Assembly: GCA_965198235.1 (NCBI GenBank)
Contig: OZ240248.1
Coordinates: 2,208,001-2,272,000, forward strand
From: Candidatus Poribacteria bacterium
GTDB taxonomy: Bacteria > Poribacteria > WGA-4E > WGA-3G
Reading direction: 5' to 3'
Length of the DNA: 64,000 bases
Below, one piece after another: positions 9,976 to 19,005 of this stretch (its first letter is position 1; each line of letters begins with the position of its first letter). The translations under genes were made by a program, and so were the position numbers. A model generated the notes under the pieces. It worked only from the letters and a program-made list of their open reading frames with translations. It was not told the origin of the DNA and ran no database searches.

Positions 9976-10842
9976 TTACTTGACAATTTCGACTGCACGA
10001 ATCCGACGGTGGAGCACGAAAAGGCAAAGGACTATCAGGGCAATCTGGACGAGGAGTGCCCACGCCCAATGCACGGCGTACTCGTGTGAACCCGCAAATA
10101 GGGCTGTGCCGAGAATGTCGTAGTGTGCCCAAATGGAAACTAAAGCCATTTTACTGGTGCGGGTAATCGATTTGAGTACCTCGTAGATAACAGGCGAACC
10201 GAACCACACGGCGCAGAAACCGATGATGGCATAGCGAGGATTTGAGGTGAGAGATGAGAACAATAACATCAATAGACTGGAAGAGAACGTGATAAGCACC
10301 GAGTAGGCAACGATCGAAAGAGGGATCCAATAGTTCTCTTTCAGAAAAGGGGTATCGGTCAGCAGCGCATGTTCAAGAAATAGCAACAGTCCCGGAACCA
10401 ATGTGAGACAACCGATCAAGATACCGATGACAGCAAATTTCCCGATCAGGTAGTCTATCCATGAAAGAGGTTTGGAGAGATAGAGTGAGAGCGCGTTGTT
10501 CTTTAGGTCAGTGGCGATTAATCCAGATCCCCCGAAAATAGCAATCAGCGCGATGAGAAATGAGGAAGGGGGACCTGTGCCGGGGTTTCGGAATAGAAAT
10601 TTCTGAAAGAATTCGTTGTCAATATCAAACGGAAACTCCACTCCCGCCACCTGGTTAAGGATGTAAATAAGGATTGCGTGAACCAAGATGTAGATTGCGG
10701 GGGGAATAGCAACAATCAATCGGACAATTTTGCGTTGTGTCAGCAGTTTTAACTCTGCTTTTGTGATAATCCACCACCGTGTATGAGGGCGGGGGTTCAG
10801 TGTGCCTTCCCAATGTCGGTAGTCTTGTGTGTGAATGGGCAT
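9976..10842 (-). CDS. ABC-2 type transporter permease
   Basis: About 6 TM segments and 'IATDLKNNALSLYLSKPLSWIDYLIGK', an ABC-2 permease signature. Confidence 0.85.
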   Translation of the reverse strand: MPIHTQDYRHWEGTLNPRPHTRWWIITKAELKLLTQRKIVRLIVAIPPAIYILVHAILIYILNQVAGVEFPFDIDNEFFQKFLFRNPGTGPPSSFLIALIAIFGGSGLIATDLKNNALSLYLSKPLSWIDYLIGKFAVIGILIGCLTLVPGLLLFLEHALLTDTPFLKENYWIPLSIVAYSVLITFSSSLLMLLFSSLTSNPRYAIIGFCAVWFGSPVIYEVLKSITRTSKMALVSIWAHYDILGTALFAGSHEYAVHWAWALLVQIALIVLCLFVLHRRIRAVEIVK

Positions 10843-10926
10843 ATTTCTTAATTCAGTCTCGCTATTTGTATGATTCTGAAGAACAACAGTGATAAGGCTA
10901 CGCGTTTAAAATATTAAGCCAAAACG

Positions 10927-11015
10927 CTAGTCCGTAATGAAATGGAGGACGGCTTTAGAGCGAGGAAAATCAAGTTCCCAACCCACGTCATTTAACCGCA
11001 AGGCATAATTAAAAA
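10927..11015 (+). repeat. Dispersed hairpin repeat, subfamily A variant
   Basis: CTAGTCCGTAATGAAATGGAGGAC...AACCGCAAGGCATAATTAAAAA. Confidence 0.75.
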
Positions 11016-11021
11016 GCTGTC

Positions 11022-11540
11022 TTAATGCTTATAGATGGCGGTTCTCTCTAAGGTATCCGAGAAGGGCCCCTGTTTTTCAGTCTGAATTTCAACGGTGATG
11101 ACACCTAAAGGCGTGTCGCGTTCCGGATCTTCGTCGATGAAGGCACGCGGGATTTCCGCAGTCATGAGCCGATCCAGTCTATTAAGTTCTTGCGACCAAC
11201 GGAGGTCGATGAGCCGTCCATCGTAGACTTTCTTATGTTGCTTCCCGTTACGCATGGAATAAACCTTGACATTGGTGGTGAAATCCGCTTCAGAAACAGT
11301 GCTCACGCCGATACTTGGACTGAGGATGCTCTGATTCCATATCAACGGTATGCCGTTTCTATCAACCAGATAAATCCGTAGATCAATCCTATCAACGCGT
11401 GAGTCCGAGTGGATCTGGATGCCCTCAAAATTCTGAATTACCCCGCTCCCACACGAAAGCGTAACAAGAACGCAGATGCCGACGAGCACGACTCTCCGAC
11501 TCTTTAATATAAGCTTGCGGGGCAAATTAAAACGAAACAC
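11022..11540 (-). CDS. Hypothetical lipoprotein
   Basis: GAGGAGG RBS. Hydrophobic stretch ending 'TLSC'. No recognised domain. Confidence 0.7.
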   Translation of the reverse strand: MFRFNLPRKLILKSRRVVLVGICVLVTLSCGSGVIQNFEGIQIHSDSRVDRIDLRIYLVDRNGIPLIWNQSILSPSIGVSTVSEADFTTNVKVYSMRNGKQHKKVYDGRLIDLRWSQELNRLDRLMTAEIPRAFIDEDPERDTPLGVITVEIQTEKQGPFSDTLERTAIYKH

Positions 11541-11650
11541 ATCAATCCTCCTCTATTGGGTTTTTAAGGGCAGCTTGCAGGCTTCCCATAGAAGTCCGTT
11601 TCAATTCATTATAGCGTTTTAAGAGGCGGATGTCAATCTAAAATCCCGTC

Positions 11651-11678
11651 TTGCATCTTTTCTCAAAAGTGATATAAT
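11651..11678 (+). promoter_or_regulatory. Sigma70-type promoter
   Basis: TTGCAT-16 nt-TATAAT with an extended TG. Confidence 0.5.
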
Positions 11679-11762
11679 GATACTCATGATACCCACTTCT
11701 GGGACCGAGTGCGTGGATACTTTAAAAAGAGAGAAACGTACAAACTCTCAAAGACATCTAAG

Positions 11763-11844
11763 CTTAATCGGAAACCTGCCCGTAACGAAGTGGAGGGGTT
11801 TTTGCTTGGGTGTTGCTTTAGTCCAGGGTCCATAGTTAAAAAAA
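11763..11844 (+). repeat. Dispersed structured repeat, subfamily B (copy 2)
   Basis: AAACCTGCCCGTAACGAAGTGGAGGGGTTTTTGCTTGGGTGTTGCTTTAGTCCAGGGTCCATAGTTAAAAAAA, lying in the 5' leader of the ADH gene. Confidence 0.8.
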
Positions 11845-11863
11845 CAAATTTCGGAGGAACCCC

Positions 11864-12946
11864 ATGAAAGCCGCAGTATTATATGAAACTGACACACACT
11901 TAAAGATTGAGGAGTTCGACTTACCGCGTCCAAGCGCGAATCAGGTACGAGTGCGATTGGTCGCCAGTGGCGTTTGCCACTCCGATTGGCACGTCGTTAA
12001 GGGCGATTGGCCCTTCGTCAGGTTACCTGTCATCCTTGGACATGAAGGGGCTGGAATCATTGAAGAGATCGGAAGCGATGTGACGCAAGTCCAGGTCGGT
12101 GACCATGTTATCCTTTCATGGAAACGGAACTGTGGATACTGCGAAATGTGCCAGAAAGGGTATCCGAATTTGTGTGCGCTTCCTTCCGACGGTTCAGGCA
12201 GACCAGCTATAAAATCAAGTGGACGTGAGATCGACCAGATGTCGGGATTAGGAACATTCGGCACTGAGACGCTCGTTCCACAAGACGCGGTTGTTCCCAT
12301 TGATAAGGACATGCCGTTCGCACAAGCCGCGCTGATTGGGTGTGGCGTGATGACAGGGGTCGGTGCGGCTATCAATACAGCAGAAGTTTCACCCGGCAGT
12401 TCAGTCGCTGTCTTTGGATGCGGTGGGGTTGGACTCAATTGCATACAAGGTGCCGCGCTTTCTGGTGGTGAGCCTATTATTGCCGTTGATGTACTGGACA
12501 ACAAACTTGAACTCGGCAAACAGTTTGGTGCGACGCACATGGTTAACGCCTCCGAGGTAGACCCCGTAGAACGAATTAAGGAGATTACCGATGGACGTGG
12601 TGTCCACTATGCATTTGAGGCAATCGGGTTGATCGGTGAAACCTTCCGACAAGCGATCCTCTGCACGCGGAGTAGAGGTGTGACGGTGTTTGTCGGGCAT
12701 GCCCCGGAGAATACCTCCGTCGAATTCGATGCACGGATGCTGATGCCAGAGAAGATGGTTATCGGTTCGATGTACGGCACTGCGCGTCCGCATGTAGATT
12801 TCCCGCGTTTGGTTTCGCTCTATAAAGCCGGGCAACTTAAGCTGGACGAACTCGTCACGCGCACCTATCCCTTGGAAGGGATAAATGAGGCATTTGAGGC
12901 TTTGGCAAGAGGCGAAGTCGCACGGAGCGTCCTTGATTTAACTTAA
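11864..12946 (+). CDS. Zn-dependent alcohol dehydrogenase (class III/FDH-like MDR)
   Basis: 'GVCHSD', 'GHEGAG', structural Zn motif 'CGYCEMC...C', 'GCGVMTG', 'GCGGVG'. Confidence 0.92.
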   Translation: MKAAVLYETDTHLKIEEFDLPRPSANQVRVRLVASGVCHSDWHVVKGDWPFVRLPVILGHEGAGIIEEIGSDVTQVQVGDHVILSWKRNCGYCEMCQKGYPNLCALPSDGSGRPAIKSSGREIDQMSGLGTFGTETLVPQDAVVPIDKDMPFAQAALIGCGVMTGVGAAINTAEVSPGSSVAVFGCGGVGLNCIQGAALSGGEPIIAVDVLDNKLELGKQFGATHMVNASEVDPVERIKEITDGRGVHYAFEAIGLIGETFRQAILCTRSRGVTVFVGHAPENTSVEFDARMLMPEKMVIGSMYGTARPHVDFPRLVSLYKAGQLKLDELVTRTYPLEGINEAFEALARGEVARSVLDLT

Positions 12947-12970
12947 TAAAATGGGGTGGAGGCCGGAAAA

Positions 12971-13789
12971 CTATTCGAGGATACGTTCCATACGCTCGCG
13001 AATCCACGCTTTGTGTTCAGGATGTGTGTGAATATAGAAGGTACCGTTCTGGATGGCGTTATAGACCTGCTCTGCCACTTCCGAAGGCGACATGCCCGCC
13101 TCCATCTCGGCGCGGGTGTTCCGTGAACCGCCGATAGTTAGTTCATGCGGTTGCGTCTTCTCCGTCGGGTTTCGCCATGCGTCCGGGCGGTTTCGGGCGG
13201 AGTCCAGAATCCCCGTGCGAACCCAGCCGGGACACAGCACATGCACCTGAATATTAGCCCCTTTCTGTGCCAATTCATCGGCGAGGGTTTCGGAAAGCAC
13301 GACGACACCGTGTTTGCTCACCTTATAGATGCCTTCGCCACTGCCTCCTACCAAGCCCAAGATGGAAGCAGTGTTCACAATATGACACTCGTCCCCTTGT
13401 GCGAGCATGCGCGGAACAAACGCGCGGATGCCGTGAATCACACCCCACAGGTTAACGCCCAACACCCATTCCCAGTCGGCGAGGGGGTGCTCCCAGACAG
13501 GTCGGCTACAAACAACGCCGGCGTTGTTACAGAGGATATGCACCGCGCCAAAAGCATCTAACGTCTGCTGGGCAAGGTTTTCGACCTCTGTTGCGTTTGA
13601 GACATCCGTTCTGACGGTGAGAACCGTTGCCCCTTTGGCACTTAAGTCCGCTTCAAGTCCAACTAACGGCTCATCTTCAACGTCAGCGAGAACGACTTTC
13701 ATACCTTCCGCTGCAAACCGTTCTGCCAATCCTCGTCCGATACCGCTCGCTGCACCAGTGATAACAGCAACATTTTGCATGACGTTCAA
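12971..13789 (-). CDS. SDR family oxidoreductase
   Basis: 'TGAASGIG', 'NNAGV', 'YKVSK'. ATGA overlap with the upstream DUF169 gene. Confidence 0.92.
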   Translation of the reverse strand: MNVMQNVAVITGAASGIGRGLAERFAAEGMKVVLADVEDEPLVGLEADLSAKGATVLTVRTDVSNATEVENLAQQTLDAFGAVHILCNNAGVVCSRPVWEHPLADWEWVLGVNLWGVIHGIRAFVPRMLAQGDECHIVNTASILGLVGGSGEGIYKVSKHGVVVLSETLADELAQKGANIQVHVLCPGWVRTGILDSARNRPDAWRNPTEKTQPHELTIGGSRNTRAEMEAGMSPSEVAEQVYNAIQNGTFYIHTHPEHKAWIRERMERILE

Positions 13790-14484
13790 ATCTCCGCCTG
13801 GCGTTGCTGATGATACTCCTCTAACGCCCGATTTGCATTCACAATCGTCTCTAACTTTTCGCCGAGCGCGTCGATGTGTTCACCGGGGAAAGCGAAGTAG
13901 AAGTCATCGTCGGAGAGTGATGTATAGACGCGGTTGCCGATACACCCCAAGCTGCTTACACTTCGTCCGCCTTGTATCACAGCAGGAATGACTGCACACG
14001 TTGGTCGTCCCATGACACCCCCTTCTGTTGAAAAGTCGGTGCCGACTCCAGCAGCGGTTGCGGCTTCTGCCAAGAGCATCATCTGTCTTGGCGTGCCAGA
14101 GATGATGACGACATCGGGAGTGCCTATCGCACCTGCTAAAGGCGCGTAGACTGCACTTTGGAAAGGGGTTTCCTGTCTTGGGATACCCGGAACTTCTTCC
14201 ATAGCGATGTAGCCGAGTTCGCCCATCAATCCGAGTGTATTTTCAAGTTCCTCGGCTTGCGCGGGTGGAAGTTCAACGTTATGGGTGTAGCACCCTATCG
14301 GGCAGTTGTAATGGTCGGAGGCTTCGGTGTAGAAGGTTTTGCCTTCCGCTGCACGTCGCCAATAGGTGCAACCGGAAGCTTCAACCTTTTCCACACCGGA
14401 AACACCATCCGGTTGTGTGTCATGAAACGTTACAGCAACAGGGGCGGTTTCCAAATTGAGCAATTGTTGAATCCGTTCTGACAT
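13786..14484 (-). CDS. DUF169-like Cys-rich protein
   Basis: 'PVAVTF', 'SGCTYW', 'NCPIG', 'PDVVI', 'RPTCA', 'SLGCIGNR' pattern. AAGGAG RBS. Confidence 0.75.
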   Translation of the reverse strand: MSERIQQLLNLETAPVAVTFHDTQPDGVSGVEKVEASGCTYWRRAAEGKTFYTEASDHYNCPIGCYTHNVELPPAQAEELENTLGLMGELGYIAMEEVPGIPRQETPFQSAVYAPLAGAIGTPDVVIISGTPRQMMLLAEAATAAGVGTDFSTEGGVMGRPTCAVIPAVIQGGRSVSSLGCIGNRVYTSLSDDDFYFAFPGEHIDALGEKLETIVNANRALEEYHQQRQAEI

Positions 14485-14616
14485 ATTTTCTCCTTTATAG
14501 CCAAAGTCGGTTTTTGGCAGGGGAGGGGCGGGAGAAGTTCCCAGAGTTAAAAAGTTGCTAAAAACCTATCTGAAACCCAATTGGACTGTCCGACCAATCG
14601 GAGCAAAACCCGATAG

Positions 14617-16026
14617 TTAAAAGGATTGAATTGGGGCAAACTGCCCATCCGTAGGTTCCGCTCAGCAGAACCATGCTTCGGTGAGTCGTGGCGCGGGTAG
14701 ATGTGCTTCTCTTTTCTGTATTGGTGGAGAATGCCCTTGCCTGTCGGCAGCAAGGGTCCATATCCGATAAAAGGTCTTCAACGCGTCAACACCGGCTCGC
14801 GCATCGGTTTCGACGAGGGCATTGACCGTTTTATGGAGTTCATCCATTCGTGCATCGGGGTGCGCCCACGTGTAACTGAAGGAGGCTTCGTCAAGTGTGA
14901 GTGAAAGTTGTTTCGTTTCGGGACGATTGAGTAGATATGAACCCGGTGGAATTAGCAATCGAACGGCATATTGCACCGGATCCACGTGATAGATGAGGCG
15001 ATACTTATCAACAAACTGGAGGATTTCGAGATAGTCATCTAAGGTCGTCCACGGCGTAAACGGCACCCATGTCGGACGTAACGCGATTCCAGCTCCGTGA
15101 ACGATGTCAATTGCTTCCTCTACATCGGCACGCGTGTGATGCTTCTCCAAAATCGTCAGCACCTGTTTATTCAGTGTTTCGACGGCAGAGATGACGAACC
15201 GACATCCGAGTTGCGCGAATTCTGGAAAATGTGCTCTATTTTTCAGAATGTGCTCAATCTTGGTTGTAAGGTCAAAAGTGAGTGTCGGGAAGGTTTCGTG
15301 CATTGCGCGAAGGATACGGAGTCCATGCGTCGGACCGTTGAGAAAATCTGGGTCGCCAAAGGTGATATGTGTCGCACCTTCCACGACCTGTTCCTGTATT
15401 TCGGCGAGTACGGTGTCGCGTTGCACAGCGAAAAACTTGCCGTTATAGACCGGAGGAATAGGGCAGTGCATGCAGAGATGCTTGCACCCGTGTGTTGTCT
15501 CGGTATAACCGACGGTTCGCACCTCATCCTTGTCCTCAAATTGGGCATAGGTTTCCAGCGGTGGTAGTGCCGCAATGTGAAAATCGGATTCCTCTGCTTC
15601 AGACTGTCCTTCCTCTGCAAGGGATTCCACCAGCGTGACGAGTTGCGTTGACGCTGTGCCACTGATGCAATAATCAACACCGTGTGAAAGCAGATAGTCG
15701 GCGTTGAGCGTTGCGTAAAGACCATACATGCATATTTTGTAAGGTGTCCCTTGCTTAAGTTGACGGATGCGTTCAAGGAGATGAACCCCCAGCCGCAAAG
15801 CGGTGTGCATCGGGACGGATATACCGATGAAGCGTGCGCGCTCAACCTTTTCAACATCCAACGGTTCGACAGCAATATCAATTGCATCGGAAGCGAATCC
15901 CGCCGTTTCAAGAGCGCGAAGTGGACGGGTAAGTCCGATCGGTCGGTGCCCGAGTTCATAGCACGAGATTAAGAGGACAGCACCGGGATCATGTATCGCT
16001 GAGGCGATCTGCGTTTCCGTTTTCAT
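14617..16026 (-). CDS. CUAEP-tail radical SAM (seleno)protein, with TGA at 14664-14662 read as Sec
   Basis: CxxxCxxC 'GCKHLCMHCP' and an N-terminal B12-binding-like domain. Read-through gives ...EAWFC-U-AEPTDGQFAPIQSF-TAA. Confidence 0.85.
14623..14650 (-). promoter_or_regulatory. Candidate bacterial SECIS element
   Basis: GGAT-GGGCA-GTT-TGCCC...ATCC hairpin starting about 11-15 nt after the in-frame UGA, with a G-U apical loop. Confidence 0.55.
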
Positions 16027-16033
16027 ACTAAAT

Positions 16034-16062
16034 AGGATAGCACGTCATCAGAGAATTGGCAA
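16034..16062 (-). promoter_or_regulatory. Sigma70-type promoter (leaderless candidate)
   Basis: TTGCCA-17 nt-TATCCT with an extended TG, 7 nt before the ATG, no SD. Confidence 0.55.
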
Positions 16063-16107
16063 CACAATCTTTGGTTGATTTTGAAGTCAAGGTGCTTACA
16101 AGCACAC

Positions 16108-17481
16108 CTACTTCGCAAGTCTCTGAAGAATGTTATGCGTGATGCGTTCAACGATAGCATCGCCACCCGCCAAGCCGTGCGACCAATCGGTTGTGGCGGC
16201 GGTAAAGACAGTCCCACCTTTTGTGTAGATACCCATCGTTGCGGCACCGGTTCTCCCTCTTTCCCAACGTTCATACCATGCACAGTCATCAGGATGCCAA
16301 CGGACAGGAGCCGTTGCGAGGATCGTGAAACCTTCAGGCGTACCGTCGCGATAGGTCGGGACCGGCAGACCGTCTTCAAGGGTCCACTCGCATCCGTCGC
16401 ATTCGTAACCGACAATGGTATTTTCGCCACCAAAGGTATCATCTCGCGAGAGATTTGTTCCTTCAAACACCCAGTGCTCCGGATGATGGGCGGTATATTC
16501 CCCAGGACCGTCCATAAACTGTCCATGGCTCAAATGATAACCCCCTTGCAGAAAGCCTACACCGGTCAACTGGTTCTCGGGACGGTCTACCAGATAGTGG
16601 CTCCACAGCGTACTGAGGGTACTGTGGTCATCGGTCTTATAAACCGGATCCTGGTTATAGGTTTGCTTCCAGCAGACGAGAGCCCTACCGTCATCTTCAG
16701 AGCGGACCTGCCAACAAACCGAATTCCCACTGAAGAAGGCGGCGTTTCCGCCGTTGGCAATAAATGCCTCAAGATTATCGCGCATCGGAGCGGACCAGTA
16801 TTCATCATGTCCGACGCTCAAGACGAGTTTGTAATGCTCCAACATTTCAGGGTGGAATTCCAAATCGGAGTTCGCAGCGTAATCAAGCGTGTACCCGTTC
16901 TGTTCCGCCCAGACGATAAAGGGCAGTTCCCAGTTACTGCAGATACCACGGGTGGGTCGATCGAACGAGACACGGTTTCCCTGTATCTTACTTGCCCCGT
17001 GATACCCGTAAAGACTGAAGCCACCCCAGTTGTTATAGGCGTTATAAGTGTTAGTAGAGAGTTGGAGTAGGATAGGCGTATTCGCCCCCGGTTTCGCAGG
17101 ACGGACAATAAAGAAGAGCGTGCTTTCAGCCGTGCGGTGATTTCTATAGACCTGGGCACCACCGCCATCGGTCGCACGGAGTGTGCCTTCATAATACCCG
17201 CTTTGCCACGTTTCAGGCACTTCGAGCGTAAAGGTGGGAGACCATCCACATCCCTGCGATGATGCATCTGCGGGAATGGGTTGCGCTTCACCCGGAAGTT
17301 CGGTCTGACTCCAGACGACCTCGCGCGTTGCACCGATGCGAGTAATCTCAAGCGAGTAGTTTTCTGCACTCGTTGAGAGGTGGAACGCGATTTCTTCACC
17401 GGGAGCATAGCTGAGTTGGTGGGTGTATCCGTCAATATACAGCGGTCTGATTTGGTTCTCGGTTTGCGTTAAATTTGCCAT
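16108..17481 (-). CDS. N,N-dimethylformamidase beta-subunit-like (DUF6605) protein
   Basis: 'TNTYNAYNNWGGFSLY', 'VSFDRP', 'SVGHDEYWS', 'FFSGN', 'VGYECDG', 'VFTAATTDW'. AGGAGG RBS before MANLTQ. Confidence 0.8.
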   Translation of the reverse strand: MANLTQTENQIRPLYIDGYTHQLSYAPGEEIAFHLSTSAENYSLEITRIGATREVVWSQTELPGEAQPIPADASSQGCGWSPTFTLEVPETWQSGYYEGTLRATDGGGAQVYRNHRTAESTLFFIVRPAKPGANTPILLQLSTNTYNAYNNWGGFSLYGYHGASKIQGNRVSFDRPTRGICSNWELPFIVWAEQNGYTLDYAANSDLEFHPEMLEHYKLVLSVGHDEYWSAPMRDNLEAFIANGGNAAFFSGNSVCWQVRSEDDGRALVCWKQTYNQDPVYKTDDHSTLSTLWSHYLVDRPENQLTGVGFLQGGYHLSHGQFMDGPGEYTAHHPEHWVFEGTNLSRDDTFGGENTIVGYECDGCEWTLEDGLPVPTYRDGTPEGFTILATAPVRWHPDDCAWYERWERGRTGAATMGIYTKGGTVFTAATTDWSHGLAGGDAIVERITHNILQRLAK

Positions 17482-17562
17482 TATACGTCCTCCTTTGATG
17501 TGTAGCGTAGCATTTTCTGGACGAAATGTCAACTTCTCAAGGCTATTTCTGAGAGCAAGGAA

Positions 17563-17590
17563 TCGGGATTCGGAGATCCCTCCTACAGGA
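17563..17590 (-). repeat. GTAG-class REP-like palindrome
   Basis: Exact reverse complement of 8174-8201. Confidence 0.75.
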
Positions 17591-17632
17591 ATCGTCAGGG
17601 GTCAGCAGTCGGCAAGAATCGCGAGCATGGGG

Positions 17633-17760
17633 GAAATCCGCAGGGAAACACCCTATCAAAAACCCCAGGCAATACGCAGAAATCCGCAGAAATCCACAGA
17701 AACACCCTATCAAAAACCCCTATCAAAAACCCCAAGCAAAAACACCCCAAGCAAACACAC
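17633..17760. repeat. Cluster of short direct repeats
   Basis: GAAACACCCTATCAAAAACCCC x2 plus a partial copy, (CA)GAAATCC x3, CCCCAAGCAAA x2. Confidence 0.75.
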
Positions 17761-17919
17761 TCGCTCCTCCAATAGGATAGCAGTTAGGGGTCGGAATTCG
17801 GAGATCTCTTCTGCCTAATAATTCTGTTCTTTTGACTTTCTTTGTCAGATGTGCTATTATCTTTATAACCTTTTGCTTTTTGTTAACGTGAGCTCGATAA
17901 TAAAAATTCAAGTGTGACC

Positions 17920-18033
17920 GTAGGTTGGGTTGAGCGGTGAATCAAAAAAATCTCCAGTCTATCAGCAAAATACTGATTTTCAAGAACACGTTCATCGAAA
18001 TAGACATAGCGAAATCCAACAAGCCAACCCTAC
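17920..18033. repeat. REP doublet (REPIN-like)
   Basis: GTAGGTTGGGTTGAGCG ... GCGAAATCCAAC ... CCAACCCTAC, with inverted GTAG/CTAC ends. Confidence 0.55.
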
Positions 18034-18134
18034 CCGTCTGAGAATGTGTCGGGTTTCCAACTACATGCTTAGGTCGAGTTTACGTTTGTTACCTTAATTT
18101 TCAAAATTGTTCAAACTTTGGAATTGAGTAAAAA

Positions 18135-18992
18135 ATGAATATCAATCAGAAACAGGCAACTCCGCTATCACCTGAACAGATGGATCAGTGGGAAAACGAC
18201 GGATATTTGCTACTGAAAAACGTTGTTCCAGAATCTGCCATCAACGGTGTACGGGACAGTTTTGCCGGCATCGTGGATGGTATAATTCGTGAGTTGAAAG
18301 CGGACGGAATTATCGAAGATGAAGGGACAGACCTCCCTTTTGAAACGCGGTTTGCGCATATCGCTGGCGAGCATGCCAACCGATTTGGTCGTTCTTGGCG
18401 TAACCAAGTTGCGACACCTGAGGTTTTTGATTTGCACCACGCGCCTCTCCTCGTGGACGCAATCGGTCAACTCACAGGCACAGATGTCATCGGACATCCC
18501 GTTTTCAATGCCCGCCCCAAACTCCCCGGTCAGCAATTGACAGTCGTCCCATGGCATCAAGACAGCGGTTATTTCGGCACGGTAAGTGAGACTTCGCTCA
18601 TCCCGACTGCATGGATACCGTTGGTGCCGGTAGATGAGGCCAACGGTTGTTTGCAAGTGGTTGCAGGTTCACATCGATTAGGCGTGGTCGATCATCGGAC
18701 GGAAGAACGGGAGGGGAAGTTTCTTGAGGTAATGGATGAGCTTATCGAGAATTCTCGTGTCGTGACATGCCCAATGGAATTAGGGGATGCTTTGGTATTC
18801 CACAATTTGACGTTCCACCGATCGCTACCGCATACCACGAGCGAGGTCGTCCGTTGGGCGATTGACATCCGGTATCTCCGGGACGGCGACCATCCGGGCA
18901 CTATTTATTGGAAAGATCCGGATTTCAAGTGGGTCATCTGTAGTAAAACGCAACCTGTGACACCCGTTACACAATGGCTTGAAATGTGGTAG
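18135..18992 (+). CDS. PhyH-family Fe(II)/2OG dioxygenase
   Basis: 'PWHQD', 'NGCLQVVAGSH', 'FHNLTFHRS'. Confidence 0.92.
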   Translation: MNINQKQATPLSPEQMDQWENDGYLLLKNVVPESAINGVRDSFAGIVDGIIRELKADGIIEDEGTDLPFETRFAHIAGEHANRFGRSWRNQVATPEVFDLHHAPLLVDAIGQLTGTDVIGHPVFNARPKLPGQQLTVVPWHQDSGYFGTVSETSLIPTAWIPLVPVDEANGCLQVVAGSHRLGVVDHRTEEREGKFLEVMDELIENSRVVTCPMELGDALVFHNLTFHRSLPHTTSEVVRWAIDIRYLRDGDHPGTIYWKDPDFKWVICSKTQPVTPVTQWLEMW

Positions 18993-19005
18993 TGGACAGA
19001 AGTAT

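Noticed and set aside
16075-17070. 331-aa + strand ORF
   Set aside because: Fully antisense to the DUF6605 gene, with no motifs or RBS.
17633-17760. Possible degenerate CRISPR array, iterons, or the 131-aa ORF 17423-17818
   Set aside because: Repeats are irregularly spaced and overlapping, there is no rep or cas gene, and the ORF is low-complexity and overlaps a real gene antisense.
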